64,000 nt of DNA from a virus (lineage: Duplodnaviria > Caudoviricetes). Below, piece by piece: positions 50,188 to 58,667 of the stretch (the first letter of the stretch is position 1; every line of letters starts with the position of its first letter). A model generated the notes under the pieces. That model was not told the DNA's origin. It saw nothing but the letters and a program-made list of their open reading frames with translations, and did not search any database. The position numbers were made by a program, and so were the translations under genes. The stretch is taken from positions 1 through 64,000 of IMG/VR virus record IMGVR_UViG_3300028591_000017; one strand, given 5' to 3'.

Positions 50188-50917
50188 ACAAATCCTTAAG
50201 CTTACCAAACAATCTATTTATCTCAGACAGATCGTCGTTAGCATTATTAGTTCTATCGCTTATAGCCTGAGTCATCAAACCAAGCTCCTTGCTGTATATG
50301 AACTCCTTAAGCTGTGCTATTATGTTCGATGGGCATTCATATGGTGCATTGTAATCGTACTCTATATAACCAGTATTGGTAAGTATGTTCTGCACTTCTG
50401 TAGGTACCTCAAATATAGCCTTAAGGTTTACAAGTTTGATAGGAAGTAATGATTCTATATACAGATAGTCTTCCTTCATGTATGCGACTATATCAAACTT
50501 AGTCCATTTACGATGCCTCTGTCTTACAGCTCTACTCTCAGGCATCAGCTGTATCTCCTTGCCAGATATTGTAGTGAGCTGCACTATTCCGTTCTTGAAG
50601 TGAAGGTCTATGGTCTTTGGTATCTTAGTCTTAGATCTAAACACCAACAGCTTTAAGTCTCTTCCAGATAGGTCGCCATAGTCAAATGGCTCCATCTCAA
50701 GTCCATTCACCTCTTGAACATATGTTTCATTCACATATCTCCCTCTATCCAGATCCTGCTTCAAAAGCATAGATCTGTATTGATGTATCCACATCTCAAT
50801 CTGGTTTCTGGATATCTGTTCAGACTGTGCAATATTATTGCCTCTGATTACATTCATGATATCCTGAATGATTGTGTTAAGGGAGTTATAATGTATATAA
50901 CCTATGTTAGTATCCAT
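50159..50917 (-). CDS. Tail ring protein (R2-like)
   Basis: SLNTIIQDI...SEQISRNQIEMWIHQYRSMLLKQD, AIFEVPTEV and DRTNNAND; conserved position. Confidence 0.75.
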   Translation of the reverse strand: MDTNIGYIHYNSLNTIIQDIMNVIRGNNIAQSEQISRNQIEMWIHQYRSMLLKQDLDRGRYVNETYVQEVNGLEMEPFDYGDLSGRDLKLLVFRSKTKIPKTIDLHFKNGIVQLTTISGKEIQLMPESRAVRQRHRKWTKFDIVAYMKEDYLYIESLLPIKLVNLKAIFEVPTEVQNILTNTGYIEYDYNAPYECPSNIIAQLKEFIYSKELGLMTQAISDRTNNANDDLSEINRLFGKLKDLYDKRSRLDS

Positions 50918-50960
50918 TTTATTCGTTTTAAGACGTTTTATCTACCTTATGGAACAACTT

Positions 50961-50985
50961 AAGGCGCTCCGTAATAGAACGCCTC
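50961..50985 (-). terminator. Hairpin after the lysis cassette (possible terminator)
   Basis: On the minus strand AGGCGTTC-TATTACG-GAGCGCCT; only a weak U tract. Confidence 0.35.
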
Positions 50986-51008
50986 AAATCGCCTAAAAAT
51001 GGCCTCAT

Positions 51009-51584
51009 TTAACGTGTTGCAGCAACACCATAAACTACGCCACCAACTATGATAGCAGAGCCAACTCCAATCCAGAACTTATTCCTATTCCACCAGTTGT
51101 TCTTCTTCTTAAGTTGCTTATTGAGATCTACTATGTTGTTATTAAGTTCACCTATTGTGATGTTCTTAATTGCAACTATAGAGTCTGTAGCTATAACCTT
51201 CTCTTCAAGAAGAACAACCTCATCCCTGAGTGCGTCATTAGCATTCTCAAGTGTTGTTATCACTGTATCGGCTGCTGCTATAACAGAATCGCACACATTG
51301 GTTGATTCTGTGATCGTTTCTTTAATTGTATTGTACTTAACTATAACCTTAGACTTAGCATTGTCAAGAGAATCGGCTCTATGCTTGACCCGAACAAGCT
51401 GGTCATCTAGCTCCTTTATTCTCGCCTCCATAGAGGCCGTTTTTACGCTGTCTAAGGCGTTAATAGTATCGACTGGTACAACTTTACCATTGTCACTATC
51501 ACAACGCACCAAACAGCCTAAAATAAGGCCTATTATAAACATCGCTAAGTAGTAGATAAGTACAGCCTTGATATTAATCTTCAT
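51009..51584 (-). CDS. Spanin-like membrane coiled-coil protein
   Basis: N-terminal TM helix, long coiled coil, C-terminal hydrophobic segment; directly after the holin. Confidence 0.55.
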   Translation of the reverse strand: MKINIKAVLIYYLAMFIIGLILGCLVRCDSDNGKVVPVDTINALDSVKTASMEARIKELDDQLVRVKHRADSLDNAKSKVIVKYNTIKETITESTNVCDSVIAAADTVITTLENANDALRDEVVLLEEKVIATDSIVAIKNITIGELNNNIVDLNKQLKKKNNWWNRNKFWIGVGSAIIVGGVVYGVAATR

Positions 51585-52044
51585 CTATGTCTACTCCTGT
51601 TAAGTCCTCTGCCTTGTTATTTACGAATCTCTTGATTATCCTGAATATCTTTGCATCGCTTATATCGCACATATTCTCAAGCCAACTCGAGAACTCTACT
51701 AAACATACAAGCAAACACATACCCTTTGTTAGCATCATAGATTCACTGTCTAATACATGGTTATCCAGGAAGAATAGTAAGACTGCGCCTATCACAACGC
51801 CTATTATCTTACTAATGGTATTCCATGCTTTCTTACTCTTGAACTGATACTTCTTACCAGATTTCTTAGCTCTCTTGGCATATGCAACATTTCCTGTTAC
51901 GAAGTCTACGCCAATAAATACTAGCATAAGTATAAGTATTGGTGCTATTGGTGAGAAGTATGAGCATATGAAACTTACAACATATATTAATATCTTGTTT
52001 ATGTTAGTTAATATTGTGTTTAACATTTTATTAAAATATGACAT
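51574..52044 (-). CDS. Holin (phage holin 4 / toxin-secretion type)
   Basis: Three hydrophobic segments; motifs FIGVDFVTG, FKSKKAWNTISK and VEFSSWLEN. Confidence 0.8.
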   Translation of the reverse strand: MSYFNKMLNTILTNINKILIYVVSFICSYFSPIAPILILMLVFIGVDFVTGNVAYAKRAKKSGKKYQFKSKKAWNTISKIIGVVIGAVLLFFLDNHVLDSESMMLTKGMCLLVCLVEFSSWLENMCDISDAKIFRIIKRFVNNKAEDLTGVDIDED

Positions 52045-52252
52045 ACGATACCGGGTTTATTTTGTCCATAACAAACATACCTACAGTAGCATGTATCTTT
52101 CTATTTTTGTCCGCGACTACAGGCAGTGTGTCAAACTCATCCGAGATGAATTTATCTCTCATATCTGAAGATACTGTATCTGCAAACTCACTGCCATCTA
52201 TAGTTATACAGACTACATCCTCATCTATCTTGACATCCCACTTGGTTATCAT
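52031..52252 (-). CDS. Hypothetical protein (73 aa)
   Basis: Overlaps both neighbours (ATGA coupling). Confidence 0.6.
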   Translation of the reverse strand: MITKWDVKIDEDVVCITIDGSEFADTVSSDMRDKFISDEFDTLPVVADKNRKIHATVGMFVMDKINPVSYVIF

Positions 52253-52689
52253 ATCACCTCCCGCTCTATTTTTCTTGGATTATAAACAGGTCCTCTTGCA
52301 ATTCTTCTGTCATCACCATCGTCAGCAAAGATTGTATTCTCAAGTTCTATGATAGCTGGAGACTCTATACTATAGAGCTCGCCATCCTTAAAGAACTCGA
52401 TTCTAAATCTAAGCAATCCTGGATCAAACATGAAGCTACTGTCTGAGTCTATTGTAAACTCAAGTGTTCTGTCTGTATTATCTATAATAGCAATACCATT
52501 CTCAATAGATGCTGTAAACACATATCTATTCTTATTAGTGAATGCCATTATACGAATGTTGTCATAGGATGTAAGATCAGCAAACTCGTCGTTTATGCTG
52601 CCAACCTTCATCTTAAACTTAAGCGTATCACCTATGAATCGCTTACACACCCTTCTTTCAGGTGCCTTCTTCATTTCCTTAGGAAACAT
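52249..52689 (-). CDS. BppU/tail-hub-like protein
   Basis: RFIGDTLKFKMKV...DLTSYDNI resembles the N-terminus of 61276..62340 (RFYKGEDIRFFVTI...NITDNYQDL). Confidence 0.5.
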   Translation of the reverse strand: MFPKEMKKAPERRVCKRFIGDTLKFKMKVGSINDEFADLTSYDNIRIMAFTNKNRYVFTASIENGIAIIDNTDRTLEFTIDSDSSFMFDPGLLRFRIEFFKDGELYSIESPAIIELENTIFADDGDDRRIARGPVYNPRKIEREVI

Positions 52690-52741
52690 GTTTTTAGATT
52701 TAATTAGTTATATACTCGATAAAGATGGATGTATAAGTATA

Positions 52742-53146
52742 CTATCCAATCTTTAATTCCTGCCTTCTATTTCTTGGGCTGTAACTTACATGAACCCAAT
52801 TGAAACCATATTCATTGATCAACTGATCAAATGGAAGGTTAAGCTTCTTTATTAGATCATATAGCTTCTTGTTCTCCTCTGGAGTATCCTTGACTGTACG
52901 TATATCAGCGGCCTCTCCAGTCTTATGTTGACTAGTAGAACTGCCACCTACGGCTCTATTCAACTTAGGGCATCTATAAGCTGAATCTACGATAATAGGA
53001 GCTCCATATGCTTCTCTGAGCGGATCCAAGATTAGCTCTATAAGCAATGTGAGTCTCTTCTTAACAGCCTCAGTTGGTGTATTATCTATCTTCTTTCTAG
53101 CTGCTGTCTTTGACTTACACAGCTCATTGATTGTAAAATACTTCAT
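52742..53146 (-). CDS. Endolysin, peptidase M15 family
   Basis: MKYFTINEL...IDNTP, LDPLREAYG, SAYRCPKLNRAVGG, SQHKTGEAAD and WVHVSY; start set at ATG 53146. Confidence 0.9.
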   Translation of the reverse strand: MKYFTINELCKSKTAARKKIDNTPTEAVKKRLTLLIELILDPLREAYGAPIIVDSAYRCPKLNRAVGGSSTSQHKTGEAADIRTVKDTPEENKKLYDLIKKLNLPFDQLINEYGFNWVHVSYSPRNRRQELKIG

Positions 53147-53147
53147 A

Positions 53148-53732
53148 TTACTGTATGTTAAATACTGGCTTATCCGGATATCCGGTGGTAAAGTCATAGT
53201 TCTGAATCTCCTCAATTGTGTTCAATGCCTTTATCGCCATCTTATGTTCAAATGTTCTCTGCATACACTTTATTGCATACACCTCAACATCTTTGAATAT
53301 AAGCCTCATGGTTGCAATTGGTATGTTAACAACACCAATCTTCTCATCGCACAATGGATATGTGGTATTACCCTCAGCCTCCCATTTATCTACAGCTCTC
53401 TCTAATGCTGTTCTATCATCTTTGTCGGCCCATAAACCAACTTCTCCAAGATAGAACTCATTAACAGCAGTAGATTTATCGTATGTATCCAATTGAGCCA
53501 ATCGCATCATTCTAACATCCTCTATATCCTGATTGTAGTGAACAGTTATAGATGTATCATCCTCTGTTATTGTATAGTTGTTTGTCATAGCTCCATCCTT
53601 CACTATCATTTTGTACCCGTGCTGTAGCATCAGCGCTGGGTCGGTAGTGAATACCATAGAATCACCATCTATAAGCCTGTCTGGAGCGTATTCTATACAA
53701 CCGCTAACTAGTTTTCCAAATTTAGTATTCAT
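53148..53732 (-). CDS. DUF4376-like tail-fibre-associated protein
   Basis: YDKSTAVNEF...LWADKDDR...EVYAIKCMQRTFEHKMAI...YDFTTGYP. Confidence 0.65.
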   Translation of the reverse strand: MNTKFGKLVSGCIEYAPDRLIDGDSMVFTTDPALMLQHGYKMIVKDGAMTNNYTITEDDTSITVHYNQDIEDVRMMRLAQLDTYDKSTAVNEFYLGEVGLWADKDDRTALERAVDKWEAEGNTTYPLCDEKIGVVNIPIATMRLIFKDVEVYAIKCMQRTFEHKMAIKALNTIEEIQNYDFTTGYPDKPVFNIQ

Positions 53733-53750
53733 ATTATTTATTGTTTAAAA

Positions 53751-55037
53751 TCAACTCCAGTTGCCGTAAGTGGCAAATGCCGTACTAGTATAACTCTGAT
53801 AAAGTATACCACTAGTCCTTTCATACATACCAACTTTACCGTCCCATTTTCTAACTGCTGGCTGGTAATCTCTTTGAAGTACGTCGTTCACCCACATTTT
53901 ACACTCTCCTACTCTACCATAGTCCCTTGTGCTGCTTGCATATTGATTATTTTGGTTCAATGCGAACAATGTAATGATAGAGTGGCTTTGGAATGTAGTT
54001 TCTGGGATAGATACTGTTTCCACATTCCCGTTTTGATCTGTTCTTGTTACATGGTCTGGGAATGTTTCTATTGTATAGACATTATTAATATCTGCTATTC
54101 CAAACCTATAGGCATCTGTAGCAGAGTTTGCATAGTCTAATGTTGTTCTGCCAGACGCATTACTACTGCTTGAACATAGGCGGCATAAGAATTGGTTTCG
54201 GTTAACTGCATCTCTTGAGCCGAAGATAAAGAAACGGTTAGTCTGAGTAAGCTGACCTTTTATCTTTACCTTTACATTGCTACCTCCATTTATACCTGTT
54301 CCTATGTATTGCTGCCCAAGATAGCCAGAAGTAACAGTATTTTCCAAATAGTCATAATAGTCGTACTCATCAGCGAAGTTACCAACGTTGAAGTCGTATT
54401 CGTTCTCTGAATGATAGAAAACATCATTGATAGCGTCGTAGTAACCAGTCCTTCCGTCATTCCTTCTAGCAGGTTTAAGCTCCATTAGGGGTTCAGTATC
54501 CTCATATAACTCTATGGCACTCATCTTAACCCCTGCAATTTTATTTACAGGACTATTAGAGCTGGCCGTACCTATCGGAGCGTCATTATGGTTAATAGCG
54601 AATAGATACATGTTAAATGGAACCGTGAACTCCGTTCCATCCCAAGTTCTTGTTTGATCTCCTGTAGCAGTACCAGGTCTTTTTCTCACCCATTCCATAG
54701 AGGTGTTAGCAACAACATTATACCAATCATAAGCGAATGAGTTACCGAAGTTCTGGACGCTATTGCCTGTTCTTGAGAAGATGCTACCGCCTGAGGTGGT
54801 ATTCTGAAACCAATAAAATACTGCAGTACGGTTACTATTACGACTGCCAAACAATATGCACTCCTGCGTAATAGTAGGAACTGAGTATCTGAGTTTTAAG
54901 CGAGTTCTATTGTTCGGCTGATAAGGCAGTATTATATACTCTCCATTACCTGTATGTTCTAGATAATCAAAGAATTCGTATGTTGCGTTTCTTTGATTAC
55001 CAAGCAACGACATAAATATTCTATTTACCTTATTCAT
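53751..55037 (-). CDS. Putative receptor-binding/fibre protein with two tandem beta-sandwich (LamG-like) repeats
   Basis: Repeat 1: YEFFDYLE...LFGSRN...LFAIN...PARRNDGRTGYYD. Repeat 2: YDYYDYLE...IFGSRD...LFALN...PAVRKWDGKVGMYE. Confidence 0.65.
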   Translation of the reverse strand: MNKVNRIFMSLLGNQRNATYEFFDYLEHTGNGEYIILPYQPNNRTRLKLRYSVPTITQECILFGSRNSNRTAVFYWFQNTTSGGSIFSRTGNSVQNFGNSFAYDWYNVVANTSMEWVRKRPGTATGDQTRTWDGTEFTVPFNMYLFAINHNDAPIGTASSNSPVNKIAGVKMSAIELYEDTEPLMELKPARRNDGRTGYYDAINDVFYHSENEYDFNVGNFADEYDYYDYLENTVTSGYLGQQYIGTGINGGSNVKVKIKGQLTQTNRFFIFGSRDAVNRNQFLCRLCSSSSNASGRTTLDYANSATDAYRFGIADINNVYTIETFPDHVTRTDQNGNVETVSIPETTFQSHSIITLFALNQNNQYASSTRDYGRVGECKMWVNDVLQRDYQPAVRKWDGKVGMYERTSGILYQSYTSTAFATYGNWS

Positions 55038-55039
55038 AA

Positions 55040-56854
55040 CTATTGTGATAAATCATACTTTGTCCATACTACATAATTGGCCTTAACTCCGATTATCCAG
55101 TGTTCGTTATTACCAAAGACTGGTGTTTCTGCAAACCTAAATGCAATAGGGAACTGTATTGTTACAGGACCAGACGCTACGGTTGAAAACTCTATAATAC
55201 AGTCTGCATAGTATCTAAACTCCTTGTTTGATATTAGCTGTGTAGCATAGTGTATTGTATTCGTCTTTAGGTCAGTTACTCCACCATTGGTGAATATCTC
55301 AGTGTAAGTAACCATATCACTAAGCCTATGACCATTTAAATACATCCTCTCGTCTGGAGCTAACGTACCTCCATCGACAGTTACCGTACCGGCTCCGTCG
55401 TTTATATTGAGTTCAACTTCGTTATATTGGTATTCATTATCGTCATACGATGTTCTTATGATAAGCGTATCATTTCCAAGGGCGTCACGTAATATAACTT
55501 CGCCTGTATCTGGATAAGATTCTCCAGGATATGGTTTTTGCACATGAGCGGTAATTAGATCAGCATAACCACCATTCTGGAATGATGTATAATACTCAAC
55601 CTCCTCATATCCGTTATATGAGCCATCTCTATCGTCAGCCACATTCTTTCTCCATGAGTAAATAAGATCGTATCCACTATTGCAGATATCCGTGCTTATT
55701 ATAGACGTTAGATATGTATGGCCGTCTCTGATTGTCGTACTTCTGCCCAAGGTTGTATACCAAAAGTCATTGCCCTGTGGTGTTCTACCATCTAGGCTCC
55801 ATGTTGGAGTAAAAGCTGCATCATCAACCTGCACATCTGGATATTCTGGAAGCGTAGGGATAGTTTTATCTATACTTGGTGTGTCGAAAAAGTATGTTCC
55901 AAATGGGCCATCTAGTGATGCATACTGTATTCCATCTTGACCTATTGTAAAGAGCCCATCACCATCTGTATCATAGAGTCTGACTAACTTCATTCCGTTC
56001 TTTGTTTCGGATTGAGCAATCTTTACATCAGACATCTTAACTATACCCTTACCATTGGTTCTAGAGCTTATATCTATCTGTTTATTACCATTCTCATCCT
56101 TAAGAACTATTTGACCATTTAGGATATTGGTAGAACCCTTATCTCCGTTTACCTGCAGCTTAATGCTATGCGTACTACTATTGCTGTCGCTACGCATATC
56201 TATATACGGCTTACTGCTTGCACCAGATATTACAACTGTACGGTAACCATTATCAAGGTCCTTGAGACTAAGTTCGCCATTCTGTATAATGGTTTGATAT
56301 GTACGCCAGCTGTTGTTTATAGCATCCAGTGTAATAAGCTTCTCATAATCACCTGAGCTATTGTAGTCTCCCAACCATATCTTACCACTCTGTATCCTAG
56401 TTTGACCATTTATAGTCTCTGCAGCTTCGAGAGATATCTTACCTGGTTTATCACCATCTGTAGACATCTCTATATCAGTAGCACGTATTGATGTATCTGT
56501 TGTATAATCAAACTCTCCACTTACGTAGTTCTGGAACCTCAGTACATCATCAAGCCTCTGGTTAAACATCTCAGATCTATCTGACGTTGATGATGTTCCA
56601 TCCTGTACATATGTCTCTCTGGTCCCATCTTTATCTGTAATCCTTACTATGATACCAGTATCCTCTTGGTTTCTAAATGCTTCTACAATTGGGCTGAATC
56701 CATCTTCACCTGGTGCACCATCCTTTCCTGGTTCTCCATCTTTTCCTATCTTACCATCTATACCATCCTTAGCACCACCAAATGCTACATTGACTACATA
56801 CTCAGGATGTATATCATTCATTAGACTTAACGTCCTGTGTCTGTTTTCATTCAT
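55040..56854 (-). CDS. Fibre protein with an N-terminal collagen-like segment
   Basis: GAKDGIDGKIGKDGEPGKDGAPGEDGFSP followed by a beta-rich body. Confidence 0.7.
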   Translation of the reverse strand: MNENRHRTLSLMNDIHPEYVVNVAFGGAKDGIDGKIGKDGEPGKDGAPGEDGFSPIVEAFRNQEDTGIIVRITDKDGTRETYVQDGTSSTSDRSEMFNQRLDDVLRFQNYVSGEFDYTTDTSIRATDIEMSTDGDKPGKISLEAAETINGQTRIQSGKIWLGDYNSSGDYEKLITLDAINNSWRTYQTIIQNGELSLKDLDNGYRTVVISGASSKPYIDMRSDSNSSTHSIKLQVNGDKGSTNILNGQIVLKDENGNKQIDISSRTNGKGIVKMSDVKIAQSETKNGMKLVRLYDTDGDGLFTIGQDGIQYASLDGPFGTYFFDTPSIDKTIPTLPEYPDVQVDDAAFTPTWSLDGRTPQGNDFWYTTLGRSTTIRDGHTYLTSIISTDICNSGYDLIYSWRKNVADDRDGSYNGYEEVEYYTSFQNGGYADLITAHVQKPYPGESYPDTGEVILRDALGNDTLIIRTSYDDNEYQYNEVELNINDGAGTVTVDGGTLAPDERMYLNGHRLSDMVTYTEIFTNGGVTDLKTNTIHYATQLISNKEFRYYADCIIEFSTVASGPVTIQFPIAFRFAETPVFGNNEHWIIGVKANYVVWTKYDLSQ

Positions 56855-56859
56855 AATTA

Positions 56860-57999
56860 TTAAAAATCTTTATGACATATGGTACATTCATTGTTAGAGC
56901 GTTGTATAATGTGATGCAACTCACTCTCCTTATTAGCAGCGCTGCTATATCCAACTCTAAGTCCCATGTAATCAAGTAAGTTTATTGTAGTTATTGGAGT
57001 TTGTCCAGGTCTTAGTCCGTTTACAGCTTCAACTATTTCATTTATCTTGTTCATCATATCGAAAACAAGATTTGTAAACGCAACGTCTTCGTATATCTCA
57101 TCTTCCTGACGATCCGGATAACCAAACGCTATGTCGCAATATATCGAACCGGATGCATCTACGACAAATGTGTTTTTTGCTACAGTATATGTGGTAGTCT
57201 GGCCGTTGATAACTTCTGTTCTCTTAAACCCATTTCCAATAACAAATGGACAATCCAAATACCCACCGCCTGGGTTTACTGCATCTGGAATACCCCTATT
57301 TGTTGCAGTGTTATCATTACCAATAATCAAGCAGTTGTTTCGTGTCGCAGATAATGCTGTTCCAACTAACAATGAATTACTTGCTGTGCCAATCTTTACT
57401 GGCATAGTTCCTTGCGGTGTATTCTGAACTTGATATATATCCAAGCTTCCAGTTCCGATTACATGGTTCGTTATGTTTATTGTACCAGGTTCATCCTGGT
57501 TTAATGTAAGCGAACCAAACTGATCACCATTGTCATTTACAAACGACACTGGATAGTCGTATATGTTAGCATCAAGGCGCCATACAGAGCCATCCATAGC
57601 TGCGCTAATCGTATCTGAACCTTCTATTGTAGCAAGCTTAGCATATGAATTATCAAACCCTATTACATAATTGTTATCAGCATCTCTATTTACAGTAATA
57701 GGTTCCGTACCAATTATAGGCAACTCCTGTGCTGTTACATCCTTACCATTGTATACAGAGAATTGCGTATAGATAATCTCATTACCTTCATCATCCTTAC
57801 CGTATACACCATATGTAGATGCCTGACCTGACCCTGTGTTTATACTGATAGGTGCTACTCTGGTAATACCATATCCTCTGGGACCTCTATCTCCCTTATC
57901 TCCTTTATCACCCTTATCACCTTCCTTGGTGCTATTAAAACGAACCTCAACAATGTTCTGCTGAGGCTCGTCTGGGTATGTAAAATTTATATTACTCAT
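56860..57999 (-). CDS. Fibre protein with an N-terminal collagen-like segment
   Basis: EGDKGDKGDKGDRGPRG; YadA-head-like LIIGNDN...FVIGNG...NTFVVDASGSIY. Confidence 0.7.
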   Translation of the reverse strand: MSNINFTYPDEPQQNIVEVRFNSTKEGDKGDKGDKGDRGPRGYGITRVAPISINTGSGQASTYGVYGKDDEGNEIIYTQFSVYNGKDVTAQELPIIGTEPITVNRDADNNYVIGFDNSYAKLATIEGSDTISAAMDGSVWRLDANIYDYPVSFVNDNGDQFGSLTLNQDEPGTINITNHVIGTGSLDIYQVQNTPQGTMPVKIGTASNSLLVGTALSATRNNCLIIGNDNTATNRGIPDAVNPGGGYLDCPFVIGNGFKRTEVINGQTTTYTVAKNTFVVDASGSIYCDIAFGYPDRQEDEIYEDVAFTNLVFDMMNKINEIVEAVNGLRPGQTPITTINLLDYMGLRVGYSSAANKESELHHIIQRSNNECTICHKDF

Positions 58000-58667
58000 A
58001 ATTGTTGTTTACGTATCTCATTTATAGTTGCGCCAAGCTTGGCGTTATAGAATGCAACTATATCGTCTATATCACAATCGAACATCCAACCATAATTAAG
58101 CAAATCTTTCGAATTAAAGCAATTTATGGTTTTTATATGATCGCTACTTCTGCTCACAGTATACTTCGGTGATATCACATCAATAGCAGCGCAGAATATA
58201 CGCTCATCAAACTTATGCTGTATTCCAATGCTAGATGCGTAGTCATATATATGTATATACGCCTCTGCTAAGCAGCAAATCGACTCCATGCTTCCGAATA
58301 CAGCACCACTGTTTATTCTAAATCCTCTATCTAATGCATAGTACGAAGATAGGAAAACATCTGCACTATTATCTGATATCATTTCATCAATTGTGCCAGT
58401 TTCTATATAAACATCATTGCAATCTATTATCAATACATATTTATACTTGAGGTGATTTTGTATGATATATTTCATAACATCATACATCTTTTGCGAATTA
58501 TGCTTTTTGCCATTCATAATTGACACTGCACAATACCTATCAGATATCGAATTGAAGTCATGATCTTTGTATGTGATAATCAGGACGTCGTTGCGTGTTT
58601 GCTCAAATGCAAAATCGTCTTTTATCTTTAGCACATTCTTTATGCCTCCAGGGAAGTGAAATATCAT
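57996..58667 (-). CDS. GT-A glycosyltransferase-like protein (resembles the PLOD/procollagen GT domain)
   Basis: YVLIIDCNDVY, VFLSS, FRINSGAVFGS and FDERIF follow the order of the PLOD GT motifs (FxDxxDV, FSAE, xLNSGxFxG, DDQ); ATGA-coupled on both sides. Confidence 0.55.
   Translation of the reverse strand: MIFHFPGGIKNVLKIKDDFAFEQTRNDVLIITYKDHDFNSISDRYCAVSIMNGKKHNSQKMYDVMKYIIQNHLKYKYVLIIDCNDVYIETGTIDEMISDNSADVFLSSYYALDRGFRINSGAVFGSMESICCLAEAYIHIYDYASSIGIQHKFDERIFCAAIDVISPKYTVSRSSDHIKTINCFNSKDLLNYGWMFDCDIDDIVAFYNAKLGATINEIRKQQL

Noticed and set aside
53751-55037. Diversity-generating retroelement target
   Set aside because: The tandem repeats are diverged at the protein level; no near-identical TR/VR pair differing at adenines and no reverse transcriptase were seen in the window.
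57875-57925. Short tandem DNA repeats as a CRISPR array or VNTR
   Set aside because: The 9-nt periodicity is explained by Gly-Asp-Lys collagen codons; there is no repeat-spacer structure.
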